A stretch of 64,000 nucleotides of DNA from an uncultured Lentisphaerota bacterium (GTDB lineage: Bacteria > Verrucomicrobiota > Kiritimatiellia > RFP12 > UBA1067): assembly GCA_900321255.1 (NCBI GenBank), contig ONVK01000009.1:320-64319 (forward strand), written 5' to 3'. A model generated the notes under the pieces. That model was given only the letters and a program-made list of their open reading frames with translations. It did not search any database and had not been told where the DNA came from. A program made the translations under genes and the position numbers. Of the stretch, positions 1 through 9,383 are shown piece by piece. The first letter of the stretch is position 1. Every line of letters starts with the position of its first letter.

Positions 1-2760
1 GTTGTGCGAGCCGTTGCCGACGGCGACGATCTCGCCAGGCCCTTCAAGCTTGAAGTTCACGCGGTCCTTCGCGAGCGGCAGGACAGTTCCGTCTTCGTCC
101 TCTATCTCGACCTTTACGAAACCGAGCTCTCCGTCGGCAAGCTCCGTCTGCTCGGGCGTCAGGCGAACCGCGGCCGGCTTGTACGCCGTCTTGCGGAAAT
201 CCTCACCTATCGGGCGGCCGTTCCTGAACGCGATGACCTTGATCTCGCCCGGTTCGTACGGCACCTCCCACGTCAGGCGATAGCGCTCCGTCACCTTGTA
301 GTAGTTCGGATCGTCCTTGCCGACAACGGCCCCCGCGTCCTTTACCTTCTTCCTGCGACCCGCGCTCTCGCCGTTCACGAAAAGCTCTGCCTCGTCGCCG
401 CTCGTATAGCACACGACAGTGACCTTCTCGCCTTCGCGACCATCCCAGTTCCAGTGCGGCAGGAGATGGACCGTGTCCTTCCTGTCGTTCCAGTACGAGC
501 GGTAGAGCCAGTAGCGGTCCTTCGGCATCGCGCAGAGGTCGCAGATTCCGAAAAACGAGCTGCGGCAGCGCTTGTAGCCGGGAGTAGGCTCGCCAAGGTA
601 GTCAATGCCGGTCCAAACGAACTCTCCGGCGACAAATTTGTCGCGTTCCATTCTCGCAAACTCCATGTCGGGTATGTCCGCCCATTTCGCCGCGCAGCGG
701 TCATAGGCGTCGATCTCCACTACCGTCTCCCAGTCGTAGTTCGTCGGATTCGCAGACGGAGTCGGAGGGAAGCACCCCCAGCTCGAGAACGCAGACGCCG
801 ACTCGGAGTACACGATCGGCTTGTCCGGATATTTCTCCCTCATCGGCATGTAGCGCTCGCTGTAGTTCCATCCCGTAAGATCCATCGAGGCGTAGTCGCC
901 GCGGCCGGCGGACTCTGTCCAGCAGCAGCCGATTCCCACGGGGCGCGTCTCGTCCTCGCTAAGGACCGCCTTGCGGAATAATGAGCAGCGCTCGTCGGTG
1001 ACACCCTCTTCGTATGGCTTGTCGCCGTTCCATCTTTCCTTGTTGCCCTTCGGCAAGATCTCGTTCCCGATCGACCAGCAGACGACGCACGGATGGTTCC
1101 TGTCGCGGCGAACGAACGCCTTGAGGTTGCGCGAGACGTATTCCTCGAGCGTGTCGCCCTCCGCAATGCCCGCAGTCCCGTCCCACTTGTCGAAGCACTC
1201 GTCCCACACGAGGATTCCCATCTCGTCGCAGAGGTCGAGAACCTCCTGCGCGGGCGCATTGTGCGACGTCCTGAGCGCGTTTACGCCCATGTCCTTCATG
1301 ATTTCGAGCTGGCGGCGCATCGCGCCCTTGTCGAAGGCCATTCCGAGCGGCCCGAGGTCGGAGTGCAGGTTGACGCCCTTCAGCTGCACGCGGCGTCCGT
1401 TCAGGTGGAACCCGTCGTTCGCCGTGAACTTGGCGGTGCGGATTCCGTATCTGTACGTCTTCCCGCATATCTTCGTCTCGTAAAGCTTCGGATTCGCCAC
1501 GTCCCAGAGAACGGGGCGCTCAACCTCGAACTCGTTGACGATCGGGTTCCCGCTTACGGGCGTCATGTACTCGACGCGCACCTTCGCGCGCTCAGGCGTT
1601 ATCTCCGGCGTCGTGATCTTCACGGAGCCCCATATCGCGCGGTCCTCCGCATCCTCGACGACAAGCGCGACGTCGCGATACAATCCCGCGCCAGGGTACC
1701 AGCGGCTGTGGTGCTTCGTCGTGTCGGCCTTGACGAGCAGCTCGTTCTTCTCGCCGAACTTGAGCTTCGCGGAGATGTCGACCTCGAACGACATGTAGCC
1801 GTAGTCCCAGCCGCCGACCTTCTCGCCGTTCAGGAACACCTCGGGGCGCGACATCACGCCGCCGAACCTTAGCGCGACGAACTTGCCCGCGGAGTCCGCG
1901 GGGAGCTCTATCGTGCGGCGGTAGTATCCGACGCCCTGCCAGGGGAGCATTCCCGTGCCGTGGTCGAGCTTCTCGTCGAACGGCCCCGCAATCGCCCAGT
2001 CGTGCGGCACGCGCACGGCGGTCCACGACTTCTGGTCGCGCGAGAACTCCCAGCCGTCGTGCAGCACGAACTCGCCTTCCGCCGGCCCCTGCTCAGCCGC
2101 GAGAACGGCCTTGACCTCCTCTTCGATTGCGCCTTTCGTGCGCTTGTCGGGAGCGAGAACGTACCCGCGCAGATAGTACGGCATCCAGCCCTTCGTCCAC
2201 GAAGTGTCCTTGAACGGCTCGTCGTAGAGCGCGCGGTCGGGAAGGACATCGTCGGTCGTTCCCGCCTTTCCGTCGGGCCCCTTGGAATAGAGCGTCGGAT
2301 ATTCGCTCTCGCCGTTGTTGACGTACACGTAGTCGTGCCCCCAGGGGTCTTTCACGACGTGGTTGATGTACGGGCCGTTCCACCCTTTTTTGCGCGGCGT
2401 AATCGCCGCGAGCGCCTCAAGCCCCTCTTCCGTCGACGGATAGCTGCCGACGTGGTAGCGGTAGCGGCCAAGCGCCACGGCGACGGAATCGACCGATTTC
2501 CTGACGAGGATCTGCGCGCGCGATATCTCCTTGGGGCCGCCCTTCCCGGTGACGGAGAGGATGAGCGAGCCGAGGATCATGAGTCCGAGGATGACGACGG
2601 CGTAGAAGATGACGCCCTTCTTCATCGCCGGTGCTCCGCCGCCGAGCGCCGCGCGCTTCGCGGCATACTCGCGCTTGATCGCCTTGATGGCGGCGACGCG
2701 TTTCTTCTTCTGCGGGTCCTTCGTAGGGAACTTCTTCCTAAGCGCGTTGTAGTCGACCAT
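1..2760 (-). CDS. Membrane-anchored pseudopilin-like (GspG-fold) module fused to a GH2 beta-galactosidase/beta-glucuronidase-family glycosidase; the 3' end runs off the window (partial)
   Basis: Not in the supplied track because it has no in-window stop. Reverse-complement translation from ATG 2760 is open for 920 codons down to position 1. It reads MVDYNALRKKF...KKGVIFYAVVILGLMILGSLILSV (TM helix). Next comes ...GSYPSTEEGLEALAA...GWNGPYINHVVKDPWGHDYVYVNNG...GPDGKAGTTDDV (T2SS GspG-like globular domain). GH2 motifs follow: RVPHDWAIAGPF, GVNLHSDLGPLG, NHPCVVCWSIGNE, FVWTGIDYLGEP. SD AAGGAGGA sits 5 nt upstream. Confidence 0.8.
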   Translation of the reverse strand, partial: MVDYNALRKKFPTKDPQKKKRVAAIKAIKREYAAKRAALGGGAPAMKKGVIFYAVVILGLMILGSLILSVTGKGGPKEISRAQILVRKSVDSVAVALGRYRYHVGSYPSTEEGLEALAAITPRKKGWNGPYINHVVKDPWGHDYVYVNNGESEYPTLYSKGPDGKAGTTDDVLPDRALYDEPFKDTSWTKGWMPYYLRGYVLAPDKRTKGAIEEEVKAVLAAEQGPAEGEFVLHDGWEFSRDQKSWTAVRVPHDWAIAGPFDEKLDHGTGMLPWQGVGYYRRTIELPADSAGKFVALRFGGVMSRPEVFLNGEKVGGWDYGYMSFEVDISAKLKFGEKNELLVKADTTKHHSRWYPGAGLYRDVALVVEDAEDRAIWGSVKITTPEITPERAKVRVEYMTPVSGNPIVNEFEVERPVLWDVANPKLYETKICGKTYRYGIRTAKFTANDGFHLNGRRVQLKGVNLHSDLGPLGMAFDKGAMRRQLEIMKDMGVNALRTSHNAPAQEVLDLCDEMGILVWDECFDKWDGTAGIAEGDTLEEYVSRNLKAFVRRDRNHPCVVCWSIGNEILPKGNKERWNGDKPYEEGVTDERCSLFRKAVLSEDETRPVGIGCCWTESAGRGDYASMDLTGWNYSERYMPMREKYPDKPIVYSESASAFSSWGCFPPTPSANPTNYDWETVVEIDAYDRCAAKWADIPDMEFARMERDKFVAGEFVWTGIDYLGEPTPGYKRCRSSFFGICDLCAMPKDRYWLYRSYWNDRKDTVHLLPHWNWDGREGEKVTVVCYTSGDEAELFVNGESAGRRKKVKDAGAVVGKDDPNYYKVTERYRLTWEVPYEPGEIKVIAFRNGRPIGEDFRKTAYKPAAVRLTPEQTELADGELGFVKVEIEDEDGTVLPLAKDRVNFKLEGPGEIVAVGNGSHN

Positions 2761-2783
2761 GTCATCCTCCTTGAATCATTGAT

Positions 2784-2792
2784 ATTATACCA
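2784..2792 (-). promoter_or_regulatory. Extended -10 promoter TGGTATAAT for the GH2 fusion gene
   Basis: Minus strand reads ATTATGGTATAATATCAATGATTCAAGGAGGATGACATG. The -10 hexamer is at 2784-2789, preceded by a TGG extension, and an SD follows. Confidence 0.5.
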
Positions 2793-2809
2793 TAATGACC
2801 TGCGTAAAT

Positions 2810-3691
2810 TCAGCAGAGGCAGAGAACCGCGACGCCGGCCAGGACCGCGGCGAGGGCGATGGCCTTGCGGCGCAGATTAGTCTCGTGGAAGACCGCGCCG
2901 CCGAGAAAGAACGTGAGCACGACGCTCGCGCGGCGGATCATGCTGAGCACCGAAATGCGGGCGTCCGGAACTGCGATGGCGTTGAAGTAGCACGCGTCCG
3001 AAAGCGCGAGCAGCAGGCCAACCATCGGAATCGTCCACCGCCACGAAAACGGGGCGCTTGCTCTCGACCTCGAGAACCACACGGCCGCCGCGGCAAAGTA
3101 TATCACGCACATCCCCCCCATGAACCACCAGAGGACAGTCGCCGTCGGGATGCCGAGCCCCCGCAGAAGATGCTTGTCGTACAGCGCCGAGCAGCTGCCG
3201 AGCACCGTGCCGAGGAACGCGAGCCAGATAGCCCTGTCGCGGCGGAAGTCGATGCCCTCGCGCCGTGCGGAGAGAGAGAAAAGGACGCAGCCGGCGACTA
3301 CCATCGCCATTCCCGCGGCCTGGACGAAGGTCGGCGTCTCGGCGAAGACGACTATGGCGCCGATGAGAGTCCACAGCGGGCCGGTCGCGCGTATGGGCGC
3401 GGCGAAGGTGATCGGGAGAGTCCTGAGCGCCATGTATGTCGCCGTCCAGCTCGCGCCCACGATCACGCTCTTTACGAGCAGCAGCGCAATGTGGCGCGGC
3501 GGCGTGGAGAGCGCCGCGGCAAATGTGCCGCGCGAGACGAGGAACGCCGTCACCGCGAGCCAGCCGACGAAAGTGCTGCCGAGCAGCGTCGGGAACACGG
3601 CGTTGCCGCGGACAGACGCCTTCTTGCTGAGGTCGTAGAGACTAAGGACGACGCACGAGGCCAGTATCCAGCCGATCCAATGCTGCTGCAT
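2810..3691 (-). CDS. EamA/DMT-superfamily transporter
   Basis: 293-aa ORF with about 10 hydrophobic helices arranged as two EamA-like halves. The composition is typical of a polytopic membrane protein. Confidence 0.7.
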   Translation of the reverse strand: MQQHWIGWILASCVVLSLYDLSKKASVRGNAVFPTLLGSTFVGWLAVTAFLVSRGTFAAALSTPPRHIALLLVKSVIVGASWTATYMALRTLPITFAAPIRATGPLWTLIGAIVVFAETPTFVQAAGMAMVVAGCVLFSLSARREGIDFRRDRAIWLAFLGTVLGSCSALYDKHLLRGLGIPTATVLWWFMGGMCVIYFAAAAVWFSRSRASAPFSWRWTIPMVGLLLALSDACYFNAIAVPDARISVLSMIRRASVVLTFFLGGAVFHETNLRRKAIALAAVLAGVAVLCLC

Positions 3692-3732
3692 CGCGCTACC
3701 CTATGTCCCCTCTGCCTTGCATATGCGCGGAC

Positions 3733-3741
3733 ATTATACCA
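3733..3741 (-). promoter_or_regulatory. Extended -10 promoter TTTGGTATAAT for the EamA gene
   Basis: Minus strand reads GAATTTGGTATAATGTCCGC, about 40 nt upstream of ATG 3691. Confidence 0.45.
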
Positions 3742-3772
3742 AATTCGCGCCGCAGAGGCGTGCCCCGCGCCG

Positions 3773-5929
3773 TCAGAAGCGGGCGCGAAGCCCGATTTCG
3801 AACGTGCGCGGCTCGCCTACGAGGCACTCGTAGAAGTGGCGGGCGGACTCGAAGTACTTCTCGCCGAAGAGGTTCCTCACGCCGAGCGAGAGGGTCCAGT
3901 TCTCGGGACCGCCGAACTTCGTGAGCGGCACGTACACGTTGACGTCGAACACGTGGCTGTGGCCGAAGTAGAGGTTGTCGTCCACAAACGCGCCGCGCAT
4001 CGTTGCGAAGCTCTTCGAGCGGAAGCGGTAGCCGCATCCAACGACGATGTCGCGCAGGAGGTCGCAGCAGTCGAAGCGGTAGGAGGTCGATAGCGAGAAC
4101 GTGTGGTTGGGGTTGCGCCGGAAGACCGACGGCGCCGTTCCATCGGCGTTGCGGTTCTCGTAGCGGTTGTACGCATACATCGCGAGGACGGTCCAGTTCT
4201 CGGTTATGTCGCCCGCGAGCGAAAGCTCTACGCCGCGGGAGTTGCTCTTCCCCTCGAAATAGTAGTAGGTGTCGCTCCCGGTCGTCTCGGCGACTGGCGT
4301 GTTGCGCTGGTCGATGCGGTAGACCGAGGCCGAGAACCAGAGCTTCTCGACTGGCCTGACGCGGAAACCGCCTTCCATCTGCGTCGCCGTCCAGGGGTCG
4401 GTCGGCCTGTTGCCGTCGGCGTCGCGGTAGCCGAGCGTCGGCGTAGTCGTCTGCGAGAGGTTGCCGAAGAAGACGAGCCAGTCGAGCGGCTGGACCGTGA
4501 GACCGCCGCGCGGCGAGAACGCGAACTCGTTCGCGCGATGGTAGTGCGTGGTTGCGCCGCTGGACGCGGTCGTCGTCTGCGGATTCTCCGTGAACCAGTC
4601 GTAGCGGATGCCTCCGAGAAGCGTCACCCATCCCCAGCCGAGCGAGTCCTGCAGCGTCGCGCCGTAGCGCGTGACGGAAGCGCCGAAGCCGGTCGTCGAC
4701 TCGCGGTACCAGAAGTCGGGCTGGACGACAAGCGTGTTCCTGAAGCCCCACGGCAGCTCCTCCTTCGTGTAGACCGAGCGCGCGTAGAGGTTGTAGCTGC
4801 GGTTGATGCGGTCGGACTCGGAAAAGCCCGACGTCATGTACTTCTCGCCGCTCGCCCATTCGCCAGTCCTGTAGAAGGTGTCGAGCTCGGTGCGCCCCAT
4901 GTACGGCTCGCGAGTCCTCTGCTCCCAGTCGGAAAACATGAAAGCGCCGCCGAACTTGAGAAGCCAGTCGTCGGTGACCTGCCAGTCGACGTAGGGGTTC
5001 AGGTACATCGAGTCGTATTTCGAGCGGTCGCCCTTGCGGCACGACGACTCGTACCAGCTGTAGCCGCCGCCTGGCCGTCCGTGCCAGACGGGAACGCCGA
5101 TGTAGCTCGGCTGGTCGGTCTTCTGGAACATCGACTTGAACCCGATCGTCACGTTCTCAACCGGACGCCACGCGAACGACGGCGCGATCGTGTAGGACTG
5201 CCTCGGGTCGGCGCCCTTCTGCGAGCCCTCGCCAAGATATGCGGGAGAGAAGACGTCGAACGCGCCGATCGCGCGGAAGGCGAACTTGTCGTCGCCGTAG
5301 ACCTCGTTCGCGTCGATCATGCCGCGCTGGCGCCAGGTATGGCGCCCGACGGAAGTGTTCTCCTGGAAATCGATCCTGTCGCCGCGGAAGTTCGCGCCCT
5401 TGAGGTACATGTTGACCGAGCCGCCCGCGCCGGAGTTGTTCTGCTGCGCGCCCGCGCCACCGGTGAGAGAGCCGATCGGGCCCTTCACGATCTCGACGCG
5501 CTCCATGAGGAACGGATCCATGAAAAGGCCGGCTCCGCTGCCGATCGGGACGACGCCGTCGAACGCCGGCTCTGTGCCGCCCATGCCGCGGATCTGGAAA
5601 GTGCCCGGCTGCCTAATGAGAAGCGACTTGCCGCCGGTCTCCACGCCCGGAACGTAGCGGAGAAGGTCGTGGAGGTCGGTCGGGTTGTGCTCGCGGATGA
5701 AGTCCTCGGTCAGCGTGTCGACGACTGTCGGCGACTTTTCGGGCGGGAGATCGGTGAAGGTCGCGCCGTCAACCGTCTCCGGACGGTACTTGGAGAGCGC
5801 CGAGCCCTCGACTACGACCGTTCCGAGATCGGCTACGGCATTGGTTGCGGAATTCGCGGCTACCTCATCGGCCCCGCACGACATCGCGAACGAGGCGGCC
5901 GCGCACGCGGCAAGACATCTGCTTTTCAT
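3773..5929 (-). CDS. TonB-dependent outer-membrane receptor
   Basis: Signal peptide MKSRCLAACAAASFAMSC. Plug motifs TLTEDFIREHNPTDLHDLLRYVPGVE and VEIVKGP. Long beta-barrel region ending ...FEIGLRARF. The track ORF starts at 5974; I prefer ATG 5929. Confidence 0.85.
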   Translation of the reverse strand: MKSRCLAACAAASFAMSCGADEVAANSATNAVADLGTVVVEGSALSKYRPETVDGATFTDLPPEKSPTVVDTLTEDFIREHNPTDLHDLLRYVPGVETGGKSLLIRQPGTFQIRGMGGTEPAFDGVVPIGSGAGLFMDPFLMERVEIVKGPIGSLTGGAGAQQNNSGAGGSVNMYLKGANFRGDRIDFQENTSVGRHTWRQRGMIDANEVYGDDKFAFRAIGAFDVFSPAYLGEGSQKGADPRQSYTIAPSFAWRPVENVTIGFKSMFQKTDQPSYIGVPVWHGRPGGGYSWYESSCRKGDRSKYDSMYLNPYVDWQVTDDWLLKFGGAFMFSDWEQRTREPYMGRTELDTFYRTGEWASGEKYMTSGFSESDRINRSYNLYARSVYTKEELPWGFRNTLVVQPDFWYRESTTGFGASVTRYGATLQDSLGWGWVTLLGGIRYDWFTENPQTTTASSGATTHYHRANEFAFSPRGGLTVQPLDWLVFFGNLSQTTTPTLGYRDADGNRPTDPWTATQMEGGFRVRPVEKLWFSASVYRIDQRNTPVAETTGSDTYYYFEGKSNSRGVELSLAGDITENWTVLAMYAYNRYENRNADGTAPSVFRRNPNHTFSLSTSYRFDCCDLLRDIVVGCGYRFRSKSFATMRGAFVDDNLYFGHSHVFDVNVYVPLTKFGGPENWTLSLGVRNLFGEKYFESARHFYECLVGEPRTFEIGLRARF

Positions 5930-5970
5930 ACCCCATTCAACGCCGCCCGAACCGCATCGGTTCACAGGCC

Positions 5971-6216
5971 TCAAAGCCGGCGGGAGGTGACTTCGATCAC
6001 GCTGACCTGGTTGCGGAGCTGGAGGATTATCTGCTGCACAACACGCGCAGAGCCAAGGACGTCGATTCTCATGCGCGAGACGGTTCCGTCCTCGGTAGGC
6101 CCGACGTTAAGGGTCTGGATGTTGTAGCCACGGCCGGAAATGAGGCCGACGATCCTCGCGAGGACGCCCGGCTTGTTCTCGACATAGCAGTTGAGGCGGT
6201 GGATTTCCTCTTTCAT
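5971..6216 (-). CDS. ilvN: Acetolactate synthase small (regulatory, ACT-domain) subunit
   Basis: 81-aa ACT domain YVENKPGVLARIVGLISGRGYNIQTLNVGPTEDGTVSRMRI. It has a 4-nt overlap with the large subunit gene upstream. Confidence 0.8.
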   Translation of the reverse strand: MKEEIHRLNCYVENKPGVLARIVGLISGRGYNIQTLNVGPTEDGTVSRMRIDVLGSARVVQQIILQLRNQVSVIEVTSRRL

Positions 6217-7874
6217 GCCTCTGCCTCCCTGTCCACGACAACTTCGACGAGCGTCGGCGACTTTGATCTGACAGCGCGCGCAATCGCGGCGTCGAGCTTA
6301 GCTCCGTCCGCGACGCGTACGCCGCGCACGCCATAGGCCGCCGCGAGCTTCACGAAATCCGGTGAACGCAGGTCTGTCGCGAAATAGTTGCCGCCGCACT
6401 GGTGCCGCTGCATCTGCCTGACAAGCCCGAGCGAACCGTTTGAAAAAACGATGAAAGTCACCGGGAGCTTCAGCTCGGATGCGACCATCAGCTCCTCGGC
6501 CGTCATCTGCGCACCGCCGTCGCCGAGAAACGCGACAACTTTCGCAGCGGGCTTCGCGAGCGCCGCGCCGATCGCGGCGGGGATCCCAAACCCCATCGCG
6601 CCCATGCCGCCCGAGGTTATGAAGTGGCGGGGACACGTGTGCCTGAAGCGCTTTGCAGCCCAGAGCTGGTGCTGGCCGACGTCAGTCACGACGATTGCCC
6701 TGCCATCCGTCGCGCCGTAGACCGACTCGACGACGGTCTGCGGCATGATGACGCCCCTGTGGAGCGGCCTCAATCCCTCCGTGCGCGGACGACGCCGCGC
6801 GTTTATCGAGGCGATCCAGTCGGGATGGGCCGCAGGGCGGATGCGCGAATCGACCGTCATCAGGAGCTCCTTCACGTCGGCGGTTATGCCGAGATCGACG
6901 GTCACGTTCTTGTTGATCGAGGCGGGATCGCAGTCGACGTGGACTATCTTCGCGCGGCGGGCGAACTTCGCGGGGCTTCGGCCGGTCACGCGGTCGTTGA
7001 AGCGTACGCCGAGCGCAACCAGCACATCGGCCTCGGCAATCGCCGCGTTCGCCGCGAACTCTCCGTGGAGCCCCACGAGGCCGAGCGCAAGCGGATCGGT
7101 CTCGTCGAACGAGCCGATGCCCATCAAGGTCGTAGCGACGGGGATCCCGGCCTTGTGCGCGAACGCGGCGACGTCTTCAGACGCACCGGACGCTATCACG
7201 CCGCCTCCGGCGAGAATCACAGGCCGCTTCGCGCCGTTGACGAGCTTCGCGAGACGCGCGACCTCGGCGGCAGTGGCGGAGACCTCGGGATGGTAGGCCC
7301 TGAGGAACACGCGCTCGGGATAGGCCGCGGAGGTGAGCGCCTGCTGGCAGTCGCGCGGAACGTCGATTACGACAGGCCCCGGCTTGCCGTGGGTCGCGAT
7401 GTAGAACGCCTGGGCGACCGTCTCGGGAATCTCGTCGGCGGAATGGACGAGGAAGTTGTGCTTCGACACGGCGCGGGTCAAGCCCGTCGTGTCCGCCTCC
7501 TGAAAGGCGTCGGTCCCGATCTGGTCAAGCGGGACCTGCCCGCACACGAGCACCATCGGAACGCCGTCCATGTTCGCCGCGCCGAGCCCGGTGATCGTGT
7601 TGGTGAGCCCCGGGCCGCTCGTCACGACAACGACGGCGGGCCGTCCGCTTGCGCGGGCATAGCCGTCGGCCATGTGGACGCACCCCTGCTCGTGCCGCCC
7701 GAGCACGAACCTGAACGGCGCGCGGGAAAGCTCGTCGAACACGTCGACGACATTGCCGCCCGGGTAGCCGAAGACAATGTCGGCCCCGACCCTCTCGAGG
7801 GCTTCGACAAGGGCGCGGGCGCCTGTTCTCTGCTTCGTCTTCAAATCAGCCGCAGTGGAAGAATTCCTCGACAA
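6213..7874 (-). CDS. ilvB: Acetolactate synthase large subunit (ThDP-dependent)
   Basis: 553 aa with GADIVFGYPGG, GPGLTNTITGL and GGMGAMGFGIPAAIGA...LGDGGAQM (ThDP-binding motif). Confidence 0.9.
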   Translation of the reverse strand: MSRNSSTAADLKTKQRTGARALVEALERVGADIVFGYPGGNVVDVFDELSRAPFRFVLGRHEQGCVHMADGYARASGRPAVVVVTSGPGLTNTITGLGAANMDGVPMVLVCGQVPLDQIGTDAFQEADTTGLTRAVSKHNFLVHSADEIPETVAQAFYIATHGKPGPVVIDVPRDCQQALTSAAYPERVFLRAYHPEVSATAAEVARLAKLVNGAKRPVILAGGGVIASGASEDVAAFAHKAGIPVATTLMGIGSFDETDPLALGLVGLHGEFAANAAIAEADVLVALGVRFNDRVTGRSPAKFARRAKIVHVDCDPASINKNVTVDLGITADVKELLMTVDSRIRPAAHPDWIASINARRRPRTEGLRPLHRGVIMPQTVVESVYGATDGRAIVVTDVGQHQLWAAKRFRHTCPRHFITSGGMGAMGFGIPAAIGAALAKPAAKVVAFLGDGGAQMTAEELMVASELKLPVTFIVFSNGSLGLVRQMQRHQCGGNYFATDLRSPDFVKLAAAYGVRGVRVADGAKLDAAIARAVRSKSPTLVEVVVDREAEA

Positions 7875-9348
7875 GCGCCTTCATCGCCTTGGCGCTCTTG
7901 GTGACGCTCGCGCGGAGCGTGCGGTCGTCGAACGCCTTGAGCTCGCGGACGATGCCGTCGATCATCGTCGGCGAGAAGACGCCCTTCTCCTCGTAGACGG
8001 AGCGCTGCTTGAGAAGCGTCTCGGCAGAGGCCCAGCAGCTGTCGGGAAGCGTCGCGAGGGTGGCGAGAAGCTTCGCGTTCTCCTTCTTGTGGATGTTGAC
8101 GTTGACGTAGGTCGCGTCGGCGACCTTGACGCCGTCCTTGAGGGAGAAGCCGTGGCGGCAGGCGACTGCGAGCGCGGCCATGAGGAGGTAGACGTTCGCC
8201 GAGGCGTCGGGCGAGCGCATCTCGACCGTCTGCTTCTGGCGGGTGTCGTACTTCGAGGCCGTCTCCTTCGGGTTCGCCTGGCGGCACATGTCGGTCCTTC
8301 CCGCCCAGCCGAGCGGAACGCGGACAAGAACCGAGCGGTTGCGGTCGCCCCAGCACACGTTCGTCGGCGCCTCCTGGTGGGGAACGAGGCGGAGATAGCT
8401 CGTCGGATTGGAGTTGCCGAACGCGGTGATCGACGGCGCGAGCTTCATCATGCCGGCGATAGCGCGCTTCGCGGTGTCGGAGATGCGCCCGTTCTTGAGC
8501 ATCTGGTTCACGCCGTTCTTCATGAGGCGCATGTGGATGTGGAGCCCCGACCCCGCCTTGCCGACGGTGATCTTCGGGGCGAACGTCACGTCGTAGCCGT
8601 ACTTCGCGCCGAGGTTGCGGATCATCCACTTCGCGATCACGAGCTGGTTCGCGGCCTCCTGCGCGGCGCAGGGCAGGAACTCGACCTCGTTCTGCTCGTA
8701 GACGAAACCGTCCTCGGTGAAGTTGCCGACCTCGCTGTGGCCGTACTTGATGAGGCCGCCCGCCTGCGCTATCGCGAGCATGCACTTCTGGCGGAACTCG
8801 CCGAACTTCGCGAACGGCGCGGACTCGTGGTAGCCGCGCTGGTCCTTCGCGGGGAACGACTTGGGGTCGGGCGCGATGACGTAGTACTCGAGCTCGCCCA
8901 TCGCCTGGAACTCGAGCCCCGTCTCCTTCGTGAACGCGTCGCACGCCTTCTTGAGCGTGTACTCGGGGCTCGACTCAAGCGGCTCGCCGTCCTTGTTGAA
9001 GAACGAGCAGAGAAGGCAGAGCGTCGGAAGCTCGGCAAACGGATCGACGAACGCGGTCGCGTAGCGCGGGATGACGTAGAGGTCGGACGAGCTCGCCTCG
9101 ATGTAGGAGAAGAGCGAGGAACCGTCCACACGCTCGCCGCACGTCAGTATCTCGTCGAGATACTCGTCGGAGTGGATGATGAAGTTGAGCGTCTTGAGCC
9201 GACCGTCGCCGCCTGCGTACATGAAGTTGACGTGGCGGATGCTCTGCGCCTTGATGAAGCGCTTGATGTCGGCCTTCGTGAAGGACGCGCGCGGTTTTCT
9301 GAGGAACGACACTATGTCGGTGAGGTTGAGTTCTACCTTGTTTTCCAT
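7846..9348 (-). CDS. Glutamine synthetase family protein
   Basis: Motifs FVDPF, GYHESAPF, GSGLHIHMRL, NPTSYLRLVPHQEAP and MRSPDASANVYL. ATG 9348 has a GGAG SD 7 nt upstream. The track start at 9384 overlaps the GH27 stop (TAATG). Confidence 0.75.
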   Translation of the reverse strand: MENKVELNLTDIVSFLRKPRASFTKADIKRFIKAQSIRHVNFMYAGGDGRLKTLNFIIHSDEYLDEILTCGERVDGSSLFSYIEASSSDLYVIPRYATAFVDPFAELPTLCLLCSFFNKDGEPLESSPEYTLKKACDAFTKETGLEFQAMGELEYYVIAPDPKSFPAKDQRGYHESAPFAKFGEFRQKCMLAIAQAGGLIKYGHSEVGNFTEDGFVYEQNEVEFLPCAAQEAANQLVIAKWMIRNLGAKYGYDVTFAPKITVGKAGSGLHIHMRLMKNGVNQMLKNGRISDTAKRAIAGMMKLAPSITAFGNSNPTSYLRLVPHQEAPTNVCWGDRNRSVLVRVPLGWAGRTDMCRQANPKETASKYDTRQKQTVEMRSPDASANVYLLMAALAVACRHGFSLKDGVKVADATYVNVNIHKKENAKLLATLATLPDSCWASAETLLKQRSVYEEKGVFSPTMIDGIVRELKAFDDRTLRASVTKSAKAMKALVEEFFHCG

Positions 9349-9383
9349 TTGTACTCCGGTTTCGTATTTGCTTGAAAAATCCA

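Noticed and set aside
7846-7874. 29-nt overlap between ilvB and the glutamine-synthetase-family gene, considered as a possible frameshift or fusion signal.
   Set aside because: Both proteins have complete, normal-looking termini, and overlaps of this size are common in compact high-GC operons.
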